The notes under the pieces are model-generated. The model made no database searches, had not been told where the DNA came from, and saw nothing but the letters and a program-made list of their open reading frames with translations. Below, piece by piece: positions 49,753 through 58,814 of a DNA stretch of 64,000 nucleotides. A program made the position numbers and the translations under genes. Origin of the DNA: Terriglobia bacterium. GTDB lineage: Bacteria > Acidobacteriota > Terriglobia > JAJPHL01 > JAPKYU01. Position 1 is the stretch's first letter; each line of letters opens with the position of its first letter. The stretch covers positions 352,001 to 416,000 of the forward strand of contig CBDBKE010000004.1 of NCBI GenBank assembly GCA_965206645.1, given 5' to 3'.

Positions 49753-49801
49753 ATAGCGGCGGCTTTCAGGCCGCCATGGCAGGCTAGAAGCCTATCGCTA
49801 C
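49753..49801. repeat. REPIN-like element of the same family as 36807
   Basis: ATAGCGGCGGCTTTCAGGCCGCC ATGGCAGGCTAGAAGCCTATCGCTAC. Confidence 0.65.
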
Positions 49802-51150
49802 GGCTTGATCCCGACCACCGCGTAATCCTGGCAGCCGAAGTAGGTCTGATTGAAGCGCCGTGCCTCCTGGTTCCAGCGCTCCACGTCGTCGGTGCCCGTC
49901 TTTGGTGCCAGTAGTGGTAATTGGGGCAGCTGGGGCGCCACCGGGGAGACGTAGTGCGTACGCAGTTCACGAAAGCCGGCCTCCCCCATCCAGAATCGCA
50001 ACTGCGCCGCCGGCACGGGACGCACATGTGTCGGATCCACAAAGAAGCTCTGACTATAAATGGCCAGGCACTCCGGGTTCTGCGTTTCCAGCAGCAAGGC
50101 GCCTCCCGAACGGAGCTTGCGATAAGACAACTCGACCAAGCGCACGTAGGCGGCCGTGGGCAAATGCTCGATAAATTGCGCTGAGAAGATTCCGCCAAGC
50201 GAACCGTCGGGGATAGCTTCGAGGAAGGCGAAGGCGTCCCCGCAGGCAACCTCCAGGCCCTGCTCCCGGCAGCGGGCCGCCATGTCCGCGTCCCGGTCTA
50301 CGCCCCGCCCCACGATGCCGTTGTCGAGCAGCAATTTGAGAAACTCGCCCCGGCCGCAGGCCAGGTCCAGCACCGGACCTCGCTGTTGGAAGAATTCCAC
50401 GTAGGGGCTCTGGCGCTCGCGGACTTCCTGTTCCGGGCCACGGAAACGCCCTTCGAAATAAGGATAGTCAAAAGCGGGTACGGCAGCGGTCCCAAGGCCG
50501 CCGCTGGAAGCACCGGCGGCCGCTTCAACGCCGGTGAGGCTGCGCAGCCGCTGGCGGACCAGGCGCACTTCCCCGCGCACTTCCTCTTCCAACCGCCGGG
50601 TAGATTCGGCGTGAAGTTTCAGATGTTCGTCGCGATGGCGGGCAAGGTCATCCCAGATGCGCTGCTGGAGAGAATTCAGCGCGTCATTCAGTCGGGTCAC
50701 GTTCGCCATGATGCGGCCATCCAGCGACCTGTGCTGCGCCGCAACGGTTTCGCGCAGATGCTCTAATTCGGCCAGTGTCTCGCGCCGGGCACGATCCGCG
50801 GCTTCGGCCACCTGGGCCAGCACTAGCAGGTTGCGATTCTGCTCGGCGAACAACTGCCGCGTTTCCTCCATTGTCTCCAGCACAGCGCGGTTGAATTCGC
50901 GCTGCGGATACACAAACCAGCGCAACGAGCGCGCCACGAGGCGCTTCAACGCCTGCAGCAGCTTGTTGTGCAGGCCGGGTGGCCGTGGGTTCACCGTACC
51001 CACCTGGGAGGCCCAATTCGCGGCCGCCTGGTGCCTCGCTTCCAGCGCCTCCAGCGAGGGCAAGCGAAAGTCCGGCACTTCCGGCACGCGCCCTTCTACT
51101 CGCTGCTGGATCCGCTCGCGTAGCGCAGACAATGTCTCCACCAGGTTCAC
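49798..51150 (-). CDS. Coiled-coil plus class I SAM methyltransferase (polysaccharide chain-terminator-like)
   Basis: N-terminal coiled coil; FEGRFRG, VLDLACGRGEFL, QFIEHL, ETQNP, DPTHVRP. Confidence 0.85.
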   Translation of the reverse strand: MNLVETLSALRERIQQRVEGRVPEVPDFRLPSLEALEARHQAAANWASQVGTVNPRPPGLHNKLLQALKRLVARSLRWFVYPQREFNRAVLETMEETRQLFAEQNRNLLVLAQVAEAADRARRETLAELEHLRETVAAQHRSLDGRIMANVTRLNDALNSLQQRIWDDLARHRDEHLKLHAESTRRLEEEVRGEVRLVRQRLRSLTGVEAAAGASSGGLGTAAVPAFDYPYFEGRFRGPEQEVRERQSPYVEFFQQRGPVLDLACGRGEFLKLLLDNGIVGRGVDRDADMAARCREQGLEVACGDAFAFLEAIPDGSLGGIFSAQFIEHLPTAAYVRLVELSYRKLRSGGALLLETQNPECLAIYSQSFFVDPTHVRPVPAAQLRFWMGEAGFRELRTHYVSPVAPQLPQLPLLAPKTGTDDVERWNQEARRFNQTYFGCQDYAVVGIKP

Positions 51151-51626
51151 GAAAGTTTGCCCTCTGCTTCCCTGCCCTCCTGGTTCCCCAGGAATTCTAC
51201 CTCCACTACATAACGTGGTTTTTTAGCTATGAGAAATTGTGCGTGCGAGTTGCACACCTGGCAATCATCCTGAAAAACGATCGGCAGATAGGCAAACGAA
51301 GGCCCGTGACTACCATCGAGTGTGTCCATTATCCCACCAATGTAGTCGTTAAGGCTCTTTTCGAGGTTCCGCGCAAAAACTGTTATTTTGATGCCGACCG
51401 GACCTTCGGTCCACTTGCGGCCACGCATTGCTCTGATCGCAGCTCTTCGGAGTTTCATGAACCGGCTATGATATTGGTGATTCGGGTTCCGAATGGAAGC
51501 CCTGATTTCCTTGTAGGGAGGCAGCCCTGACACACGAATGACACTTCGTTCTCCGGCCTCGGGTTCCGGCTTTGTCGGTAGATACCCGGGGTCAGGAAAC
51601 GGCGAAACATCTCTCGTCTTGGGCAA
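51147..51626 (-). CDS. Hypothetical protein, divergent RusA-like fold
   Basis: GPVGIKITVF...LNDYIGGIMDTLDG...IVFQDDCQV...PRYVVEVE; lower GC. Confidence 0.55.
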   Translation of the reverse strand: MPKTRDVSPFPDPGYLPTKPEPEAGERSVIRVSGLPPYKEIRASIRNPNHQYHSRFMKLRRAAIRAMRGRKWTEGPVGIKITVFARNLEKSLNDYIGGIMDTLDGSHGPSFAYLPIVFQDDCQVCNSHAQFLIAKKPRYVVEVEFLGNQEGREAEGKLS

Positions 51627-51636
51627 TAGAGGCTAC

Positions 51637-52920
51637 CTATAGCGCGATCGCCACGCCGGCCGGGATCTTTTTCACTGTCACTTTGGCATGCAAGTTCGCA
51701 ACTCCGGCGGCCTGGCGCGAGTCTATCACCTGAAACGACAGCACGTCGTCGAGCCAGTCGTGACTGGAGCCATCGGCGGACTGGGCGGCCACCGTCAGCG
51801 TATACTCCTGCGGCGTCAGCCAGCAGGGAAAAGTAAAGTTGACCTCCAGCAGGTCGCCGGCGTCCAGCGGCCCCAGCGAGCCGCACCTCTCCTGTTCCAG
51901 CAGCGTGTTGGTTCCGTAGACCTCCATCCCTATGCGCGTGCGCAGCATCATGCCCACGACGGGATTGGGATGAGGCTGGACGAAGCGCGCCAGCACGCGG
52001 ACCGAGGCGGTTTCTCCGGAGCGCAACACACGCACGGGCAAGCCTTCTTCATTGAACAGTTGCGCCTGCAACACCTCGGCCTGGCGGTCCCCGTGGCGCA
52101 AGGACCACTCCAGTGGGAGCGCTTCCTGGTCCCCAACCACCTCCTGGGCCGGGGCGGCGTCCGCAACCGCGAAGGCACGTTGCCGGTCCTTAATCAGCGC
52201 GTTGTAGTGGTTGGCGACGTCGCCGGGCTCGCCCTCCGCCAGCGTCCGGCCTTCATAGAGCAACATGGCCCGGTCACAGATCAGCTTCACCAGACCCAGG
52301 TCGTGCGACACCAGCATCACGGTGACGCCGCGCGCCTTCAGTTCCTGGAATTTCTGGATGCAGCGGTTCGCGAAGACGGCGTCACCGACCGCCAGCGCCT
52401 CGTCCACCACGAGCACGTCCGGGTCCACATGGATGGCAGTGGCAAAGGCCAGACGGACCCACATGCCGGTGGAATAGGTCTTCATCGGTTGGTCCATGAA
52501 CGCGCCGATTTCGGCGAACTCGGCGATGCGCTGGAAGTTGCGTTCCACGTGCTGGCGTCCCAGACCCATGATCTCGCCGTTCATGAAGACGTTTTCCCGC
52601 CCGGTGAACTCGGCATTGAATCCGGCTCCCAGGTCCAGCAGCGCCGCCACCCGCCCGGAGGACCACACCCGTCCGGCGGTCGGTTGCAGGATGCCGGTCA
52701 TAATTTCCAGCAGCGTGCTCTTGCCGGAGCCGTTGGGGCCAATGATACCGAAGCTCTCGCCGCGGCTGACCTGGAAGGAAATGTCGCGCAGGGCCCAAAA
52801 CTCGCGATGGAACGAGCGTCGGCCCAGCCAGGCCATTTCCTTCAGGCGATCCGAGGGTGCGCCGTACATGCGGTACAGCTTGGAGACTTTGGTGGCGACA
52901 ATGGCAGGACGAGCCATCAC
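51637..52920 (-). CDS. wzt: Polysaccharide ABC transporter ATPase with Wzt C-terminal domain
   Basis: FWALRDISF, GPNGSGKST, YSTGM.VRLAFA, DEALAVGD, C-terminal beta-sandwich. Confidence 0.92.
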   Translation of the reverse strand: MMARPAIVATKVSKLYRMYGAPSDRLKEMAWLGRRSFHREFWALRDISFQVSRGESFGIIGPNGSGKSTLLEIMTGILQPTAGRVWSSGRVAALLDLGAGFNAEFTGRENVFMNGEIMGLGRQHVERNFQRIAEFAEIGAFMDQPMKTYSTGMWVRLAFATAIHVDPDVLVVDEALAVGDAVFANRCIQKFQELKARGVTVMLVSHDLGLVKLICDRAMLLYEGRTLAEGEPGDVANHYNALIKDRQRAFAVADAAPAQEVVGDQEALPLEWSLRHGDRQAEVLQAQLFNEEGLPVRVLRSGETASVRVLARFVQPHPNPVVGMMLRTRIGMEVYGTNTLLEQERCGSLGPLDAGDLLEVNFTFPCWLTPQEYTLTVAAQSADGSSHDWLDDVLSFQVIDSRQAAGVANLHAKVTVKKIPAGVAIAL

Positions 52921-54161
52921 AGAATGTCAGCAAACGATTTGCGGGATTTCCAGAACCAGCCAAAGCCGAGCACGTAGGCCGCCAACCCTGCGGCTGCCAG
53001 CCAGCCCAGCGCCGGCCAAGGTGGCGCCGTCTGCTCCAGGAAAATCGCCCGATAGGAACGCACCAGCACGTAGACGGGGTTCTTTTCTAGCAGCCACAAG
53101 CCGCTGGCGGGCAGGGCCGATTCGGGGTAGCAAATGGGCGTGGCGAAGAACCACAACGTGAGCAGCGCCGCCATGAATTGTCCCGTATCACGCAAGAATA
53201 CGCCCAACGCCGCCAGGAACCAGCACAGCCCGACGGTCAAAAGAACCTGGGGGACCAGCACCACCGGCAGGAGAAGTGCGGTAGCAGGAATTCCGCCCCG
53301 GAGGTAGATCAGGCCGACCAGGTAGACGAGCAGGGCGGAAAACTGGCTGACAAGCCCTCCCACCGCGATATTGACCGGGAGAATCTCCACGGGGAACAGT
53401 ACGCGGGTCACCAGCGTGCGGTGCTCCAACAGTACCGAGGGGGCGCGTGCCAGCGCTTCGCTGAACGCCAACCAGGGAAGGATCCCGCAAATGAAGTAGA
53501 GCAGAAAATCCAGGGGGCCGGATTCTTCCGGGCGCGGGCCGAAGCGCACCTGAAGAACCAGGGCAAACACGAAAAAGTAGGTGAGCATCAACAACAGAGG
53601 TTGGATCACCGTCCAGAAAAGCCCGGCCATCGAGCCGCGATAGCGACCGTGAACGTCGCGGCGCACCATGGAAGCGATCAGGGCGCGGTGGCGCACCACT
53701 GTGACGAAAGGTGCGACCAGAAGGCGCCCAAGGCGCCGTCGGGTGAGTTCCCAATACCGCCCAAAGGAAGTCAGGCGGTAGGGTTTGGCCCACAGCACCC
53801 CTGCTCGGTTAACCTCGACGCGCAGAACCAAGCAATCCGAGCCTCGCGCGTAAAACCAGGCCACTGGCTCCTCCACCGGAGAGACCAGCACCCGATAGGT
53901 CCCTTCTTCAGGTGGAAGCCGGAGGGTGAGGGAGGTTTCTACAGTGCTGCCTGGCGGTACCTCGACCCCGAACGGCGTGCGTTCGCCTTCCTCCAGTAGC
54001 GCCTCGGATGTTTCATCCAGGACCTGATAAGCCAGGAAGACCGGACCGTTGGCGGGCCAAGGGCGGTCGCTCAGGTTGCGAACCTGCACGCGCATGCGCA
54101 CCGACCGGGCTCCGACAGGATTCACCTCGGTGGCTGCCAGGTGGGCGCGGAAACGGGTCAT
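52917..54161 (-). CDS. wzm: Polysaccharide ABC transporter permease with extra N-terminal Ig-like domain
   Basis: RDVHGRYRGS..G.FW..IQPL, FLRDTGQ, TPICYP, NP; about 140-aa N-terminal beta-rich extension. Confidence 0.88.
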   Translation of the reverse strand: MTRFRAHLAATEVNPVGARSVRMRVQVRNLSDRPWPANGPVFLAYQVLDETSEALLEEGERTPFGVEVPPGSTVETSLTLRLPPEEGTYRVLVSPVEEPVAWFYARGSDCLVLRVEVNRAGVLWAKPYRLTSFGRYWELTRRRLGRLLVAPFVTVVRHRALIASMVRRDVHGRYRGSMAGLFWTVIQPLLLMLTYFFVFALVLQVRFGPRPEESGPLDFLLYFICGILPWLAFSEALARAPSVLLEHRTLVTRVLFPVEILPVNIAVGGLVSQFSALLVYLVGLIYLRGGIPATALLLPVVLVPQVLLTVGLCWFLAALGVFLRDTGQFMAALLTLWFFATPICYPESALPASGLWLLEKNPVYVLVRSYRAIFLEQTAPPWPALGWLAAAGLAAYVLGFGWFWKSRKSFADIL

Positions 54162-54241
54162 GGGAACTTGGGCCTGCCACAGCCGCTACGCCGAAACACG
54201 GCGCGCTCGGTTTGTTCACAATACCCGAACGCTGCCGTGGC

Positions 54242-54434
54242 GGGCAACCCCAAAGCTCGCTAGAGGTCCGCCCTGGCCGCCTGCCTGGCAGGCGGCTGAA
54301 AGAGTACTTGAGTGACTTGAGGGGTTGCTCTCTGGCGGTCGAGGCTTAGTGAAGCCTGGCGCTCAGTGCGACGAGGTGACAATGCTGGCTGTCCACCCAG
54401 GTTGAGGAGACGCTCACCTGCACTCAGGTGAGCG
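54242..54434. repeat. Multi-hairpin intergenic region
   Basis: GGGCAACCCC/GGGGTTGCTC outer stem, GCCGCCTGCC-T-GGCAGGCGGC, AGGCTT/AAGCCT, CGCTCACCTG-CACT-CAGGTGAGCG. Confidence 0.55.
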
Positions 54435-54449
54435 CGTGCAAATCATCCA

Positions 54450-55478
54450 CTAGGGATCCCCACGGACGACCGGTGTCCCCCGCTGCACTTGGCTGTTCGC
54501 CAGGGCAAGCACGTCTTCCGACAAGGCGCCCTCCTCGGGCGCGGCAGATTGGCCCGAAACCCTCCGGCTCCCCTGGCGACTCCTCCAAAGCACCCCCACC
54601 AACAGGGCTGCGCCGGCCGCCAGACGCAGCGGATACAGCAGCAGATGTACCAAGTGCAGCAGCCAGGGGCGTCGCCGGCGCACCGTTAAAGCCTGGTAAA
54701 AGATGCGATGCTCGAGCCGCCAGGAGAAATGACGCCACACTATCCGCAGACGCCAGGCCAGGTAGGCGTCGCCGTTTTCATTGTAGATTTCGCGCAGTCC
54801 CAGCGGCAGCCAAAAACCCAGCACCTTGATGTGCGTGTATCCTTCGTTCGTGCAAGGGATCACCAAGTGTCCCGAGCGGTTGCGTCCCAGACTCAAACTC
54901 AACAGGTCCTGCCAGCAGCCCGGGGAGAACACCCGCAATGGTGTGTAGGAGTCAAACAGGTGGGCTGCTGGCCCCACCAGGCGAACCGGAAGCAGGCCGT
55001 GGAGAGCAGCGCCGGGGTATCGGCGCCTCAGATCGGCGACGATGGTCTTCAGGTACAGTCCCGAGGCCGAACCTAGTACGGTCACCCGGTTGGGACGGCG
55101 TGTCAGCCAGGCCAGCCACAGGAACCGAGGCAACGAAAGGGAGACTTCTTCCCCGGCCGGCAGGGTGAACGTCACCCTCCCGCGTAGCGCGAAAGCCATT
55201 AGTTTGAGCGCGCGCGAATGACCCGCAGCCAGGCATATCACCTGAACTTGCCGCGATGAGCCGAGGAACCAGAAGAGCTGAAGCCATACCCACAGCCAAC
55301 CGGCCGCCGTAAAACCCAAGACCTGGTGCGGGAGCAAACCGCCCACGCGAACCAGCTCCTCTCGCTGCTCTACCCTTACCAGCACCCGCAGGTTCGCCGA
55401 CGTGAGTCCGGAGCGCGCCCGGCCCAGTGCCTCCACAGCACCACCAACCTCGCCGGTGACGAACAGGATAGCCTTCAT
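54450..55478 (-). CDS. Hypothetical protein in the polysaccharide cluster
   Basis: 342 aa; ATGA overlap with the upstream GT; two similar alpha/beta units, YNENGD motif, hydrophobic C-terminus. Confidence 0.65.
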   Translation of the reverse strand: MKAILFVTGEVGGAVEALGRARSGLTSANLRVLVRVEQREELVRVGGLLPHQVLGFTAAGWLWVWLQLFWFLGSSRQVQVICLAAGHSRALKLMAFALRGRVTFTLPAGEEVSLSLPRFLWLAWLTRRPNRVTVLGSASGLYLKTIVADLRRRYPGAALHGLLPVRLVGPAAHLFDSYTPLRVFSPGCWQDLLSLSLGRNRSGHLVIPCTNEGYTHIKVLGFWLPLGLREIYNENGDAYLAWRLRIVWRHFSWRLEHRIFYQALTVRRRRPWLLHLVHLLLYPLRLAAGAALLVGVLWRSRQGSRRVSGQSAAPEEGALSEDVLALANSQVQRGTPVVRGDP

Positions 55479-56662
55479 GCCGGCCGCTCCAGCAGGAAGT
55501 GCCGATAGCGCCGGGCGACGAAAGGGCCCTGGTTCTGCAAACTAAAGTGAGCCGTGGCGAAATTACGGGCTTGGCGGCGCAGGCGACGCCACAGAAGGTC
55601 GTCGCGCAGCAATCGAAGGATCTGCTGTGCAAAGACGGCGGGCGCGTCGGAAATCAGCAAATGCTCGCCCTCTTCCGTCCCGAGTCCGAGCGGCGCAAAG
55701 CTGGAAGCCACCACCGGAACTCCAGCCGTCATCGCCTCCAGGATCTTGGTACGGATCCCGCCGCCGGTGAAAATGGGCGCGATGTAGACACGGCTTTCCG
55801 CGTAGACGGCGCGCAAGTCCTCGACGAAGCCTCGGTACTTCGCCCCGCTGTCATGCATGTGGCCCAACAAGGCGTTGGAAGCGCCGGCCCCGATGACCGT
55901 CAGCCGCGCGTCCGGCTCCTCGCGCTGCACCTGCGGCCACACCGCGTCGAGGAACCAACGTAACCCCTCCTCGTTTGGCGTGTGGGGAAGAAAGCCGACA
56001 AAAAGCACCTGCAGTGCTTGGGGAATGTCTGGCGCTGGCGTGAACTGTTCCGAGTCTATTAGTAGAAACGGGAGCGCCTCCACCCGGGCCTCCGGCGCAA
56101 GTTCCAGCGCCCGCAGGCGCTCTTCTTCAGAAGTGACCAAGACCCGGTCAAAGCTACACAACGTGCGCCGATTGTGGCGGATGGTATCGAACGAGCCGAG
56201 CAATTGGGTGAACCGAGCACGGCGCTTCAGCGACTGCTTCCACCCCAAGTAAAAGTGCCACCATTCCTGCACGTGTGCTCGGATCAACCGGATAGCCGGG
56301 ATGCCGTCGGCGTACTCGGCCATGTTGAGATACTCCACCTGCACCAGATCCGGGCAGAAGGAGCGGGCCAGCTCCGCCACCCGGTGTTGGAGCGTCTTAT
56401 CCCGCAGATTGGAAAAATAAAAGGGTGTGGAGGAAAAGGCGTCCAGGTGACGGCGCTCCGGGGCCGGGACCAAAGCAACATCCCGGCAGATCAGCCGCAG
56501 CCCCTCCTCGGCCTGGCGAAGCAGGTTGGGCGGGCAGAAGCCGGCAAAGGCAATCTCAAAATCGGAGCGCAGCGCGCGCAGGTATCCAAAGATGGCGCTG
56601 CCGGCGCCGTGAAACACCGGGTAGGGCGTGACAGGAGAAATGATCATCAGGCGCGGTTTCAT
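55475..56662 (-). CDS. Glycosyltransferase family 4
   Basis: FVGFLPHTPN.EGL.WF, GFVEDL, GGGIRTKILEAM.AGVPVV. Confidence 0.9.
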   Translation of the reverse strand: MKPRLMIISPVTPYPVFHGAGSAIFGYLRALRSDFEIAFAGFCPPNLLRQAEEGLRLICRDVALVPAPERRHLDAFSSTPFYFSNLRDKTLQHRVAELARSFCPDLVQVEYLNMAEYADGIPAIRLIRAHVQEWWHFYLGWKQSLKRRARFTQLLGSFDTIRHNRRTLCSFDRVLVTSEEERLRALELAPEARVEALPFLLIDSEQFTPAPDIPQALQVLFVGFLPHTPNEEGLRWFLDAVWPQVQREEPDARLTVIGAGASNALLGHMHDSGAKYRGFVEDLRAVYAESRVYIAPIFTGGGIRTKILEAMTAGVPVVASSFAPLGLGTEEGEHLLISDAPAVFAQQILRLLRDDLLWRRLRRQARNFATAHFSLQNQGPFVARRYRHFLLERPA

Positions 56663-56726
56663 GTGCTCCCGGTTGCCCTCTTCGAATCTGCGCGGTCCCG
56701 CCGACCCGCCAGGCTGCCTGACCCGG

Positions 56727-58778
56727 CTAGAACGAACTGTACAATTCCATAGGATAGCGTCGCTGGACCGGCCCCACTTTTTGGCCGACCGCGTAGATGA
56801 TGTCACCCCGCAAATCGCTGGGAAATCCCCACTGCTTAAGCAACTGATCGGCCGTCACGTAGCGCATCGCATCCTGCTCGTTCAGCCAGCCGGTTTCCAG
56901 GCGCGCCAACTCCAGCCCGGAGCTTTCGAACAGGACGCGAACATCTCCCGGCGCGTACTCGCGGTTGTGCCGGCCTTCCACTTCCGCGCCCGCTCGGGGT
57001 ACCCCATAAGTGTGAAACAGCCCTGGCTGGCAACCGTGCAAGATCGCCTGCAGTCCTCGCGTTCCAGTGATATTGGGGGTGCTCAATACCAGGTGCCCAT
57101 CCAGCTTCAGCACTCGGTTGATTTCCGCCATCATGTGCATGGGGTCCTGCGAAAGGTGCTCGATCAGCTCGCAGCACAGCACTGTGTCGAAAGACTCATC
57201 GGGATATGGAAACCGGTCCTTTTCCGCATCAAACAGATCGATCCAGCAGGAAAACTCTTCGCCTGTGGCGGAGTAGGTGACCTTATGATCGCTGCGTCCG
57301 GCTTTGCCGAAGTAGCAGCCACGGATCTCCCGATAGCCCAGAAAGCGGCGGAGGGCCGGCGTGATTTGCATATAGCAGCCCATTTCCAGGATGCGACTGC
57401 TTCCTCCCGTCACGGCGGGCGGCGTGATTTCTAGGGTCCGCAGCAGACGCTGGTGGTGCACATGGACATAATCCTCTGTTTCCCGGCTGGTAACGCTAAA
57501 CGAGAGGATGTATTCCGCTGCTGCCTCCCGGTCTAGGGTCGCGACAGTCGAGCCGGCGGCAGCGACTGGCTGGCCCGACGCGGCTTGTTCGCGGAGAAAC
57601 CCAGCATACTGTTCGGCGACCTTCTCCCAGGAGCACTCTTGTGCCGCCCAGCGGCTTGCCGCTTGACCCAGAGCTTCACGCAGTTCGGGAGTATTCAACA
57701 GGGCTGCCAGGTATTCGGTCAGCCACTCAACTTCCCTGCTACCTGCGGGCCCATTGCTTCCGGGCCCGTCGCCTACGGGCAATTTGAGGCAGGCATCGTT
57801 TGGCAATTCTGAGTAAAAACCCAGGTCGGAGACCACCGCCGGCTTCCCCAGAGCCATTTCCCGCAATAAGCTGCCCGAGGACTCTCCGGCCGTGGGATAG
57901 CGCAGGTTCAGGCAGACATCGCAGGCGGCCACGTAGTCGAGGAAATCCTCCAGGGGGACGAAGCCGAGCAGGTGCACACAATCCTCCAGATCCAAGCGTT
58001 GAATGAGAGGGCGCAACGGGTATTGGGGATGCTCTTCGCCGACTAACAGCAGGTGGGCGTCAGGAAAGGCGCGGCGCAGCCGGGCCAGAGCATGAATCGC
58101 ACTGTAGATGCGCTTGTAAGGTTTCAGGAAGCCGAAGGCGCCGATCAGTAGCCCCTGATCCAGACCGAGCCGTGCCCGGGCCTGTTGGAAATCCACGCGC
58201 GGGGCGGCGACCCCGTGAGGGATGCGAGCTAACGGCAGGCGGAATCTCGCTTGGCGCACAAGCCCAACCATGTACTTGCTGTGGACAATGGCGGCCTGGC
58301 TGTTTTCCAGCAGTCGCCGGTTCATAGGGATGCGCTCGTACTCCGGCTCGGTTTCTCCGCGCAACACCTTGTGCGCGTGATCCAGCGCCGCCGGCCCGGC
58401 GTTGTACTCCAGTTCCCGGAGGTAGCCGTCCCAGTCGTTCCGTGTGATGGTCACATCAGCCAGCAAGTAGTGCAGGTTAAATTCGTGTAACACCACCACG
58501 CCCGGGACGCGCACCGCCAGGTCGTAGATATAAACGTGCAGCGGGTTGTTGCCGACCTGGTAGAGGACGGCGTCGTAGTGCCTCCGGGCATGTTCTTCCT
58601 CAAATTCCCGCCAGTGCCGGATGCGGACAAGGTTCTGCAAATCCTGGCTGGCCGGGGTGTAATTTTCAATGAATACCTCCAGTTGGCAGTGCCGGGCTAG
58701 GTGGGGCAGCAGGGCCTCGCTGTAGTCGGCGATTCCCGAGCGGTTTGGGCTCAGCGGCGAGAAATAGGCGACTCGCAT
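56727..58778 (-). CDS. GT4 glycosyltransferase fused to a C-terminal SAM methyltransferase
   Basis: YFSPL.P.RSGIADYS, YQVGNNPLH, LRYPTAGESSGSL; ILEMGCY, FPYPDESFD.VLCCELIEHL, RVLK..G.LVLSTPN. Confidence 0.88.
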   Translation of the reverse strand: MRVAYFSPLSPNRSGIADYSEALLPHLARHCQLEVFIENYTPASQDLQNLVRIRHWREFEEEHARRHYDAVLYQVGNNPLHVYIYDLAVRVPGVVVLHEFNLHYLLADVTITRNDWDGYLRELEYNAGPAALDHAHKVLRGETEPEYERIPMNRRLLENSQAAIVHSKYMVGLVRQARFRLPLARIPHGVAAPRVDFQQARARLGLDQGLLIGAFGFLKPYKRIYSAIHALARLRRAFPDAHLLLVGEEHPQYPLRPLIQRLDLEDCVHLLGFVPLEDFLDYVAACDVCLNLRYPTAGESSGSLLREMALGKPAVVSDLGFYSELPNDACLKLPVGDGPGSNGPAGSREVEWLTEYLAALLNTPELREALGQAASRWAAQECSWEKVAEQYAGFLREQAASGQPVAAAGSTVATLDREAAAEYILSFSVTSRETEDYVHVHHQRLLRTLEITPPAVTGGSSRILEMGCYMQITPALRRFLGYREIRGCYFGKAGRSDHKVTYSATGEEFSCWIDLFDAEKDRFPYPDESFDTVLCCELIEHLSQDPMHMMAEINRVLKLDGHLVLSTPNITGTRGLQAILHGCQPGLFHTYGVPRAGAEVEGRHNREYAPGDVRVLFESSGLELARLETGWLNEQDAMRYVTADQLLKQWGFPSDLRGDIIYAVGQKVGPVQRRYPMELYSSF

Positions 58779-58814
58779 GTCAGTTGCTGCTCCGGTTGCC
58801 CGGATCCCACCCTC

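Noticed and set aside
49725-50249. Apparent 175-aa N-terminal extension of psuG in the ORF track
   Set aside because: It overlaps the methyltransferase gene in another frame and crosses a REPIN; PsuG similarity begins near 49724.
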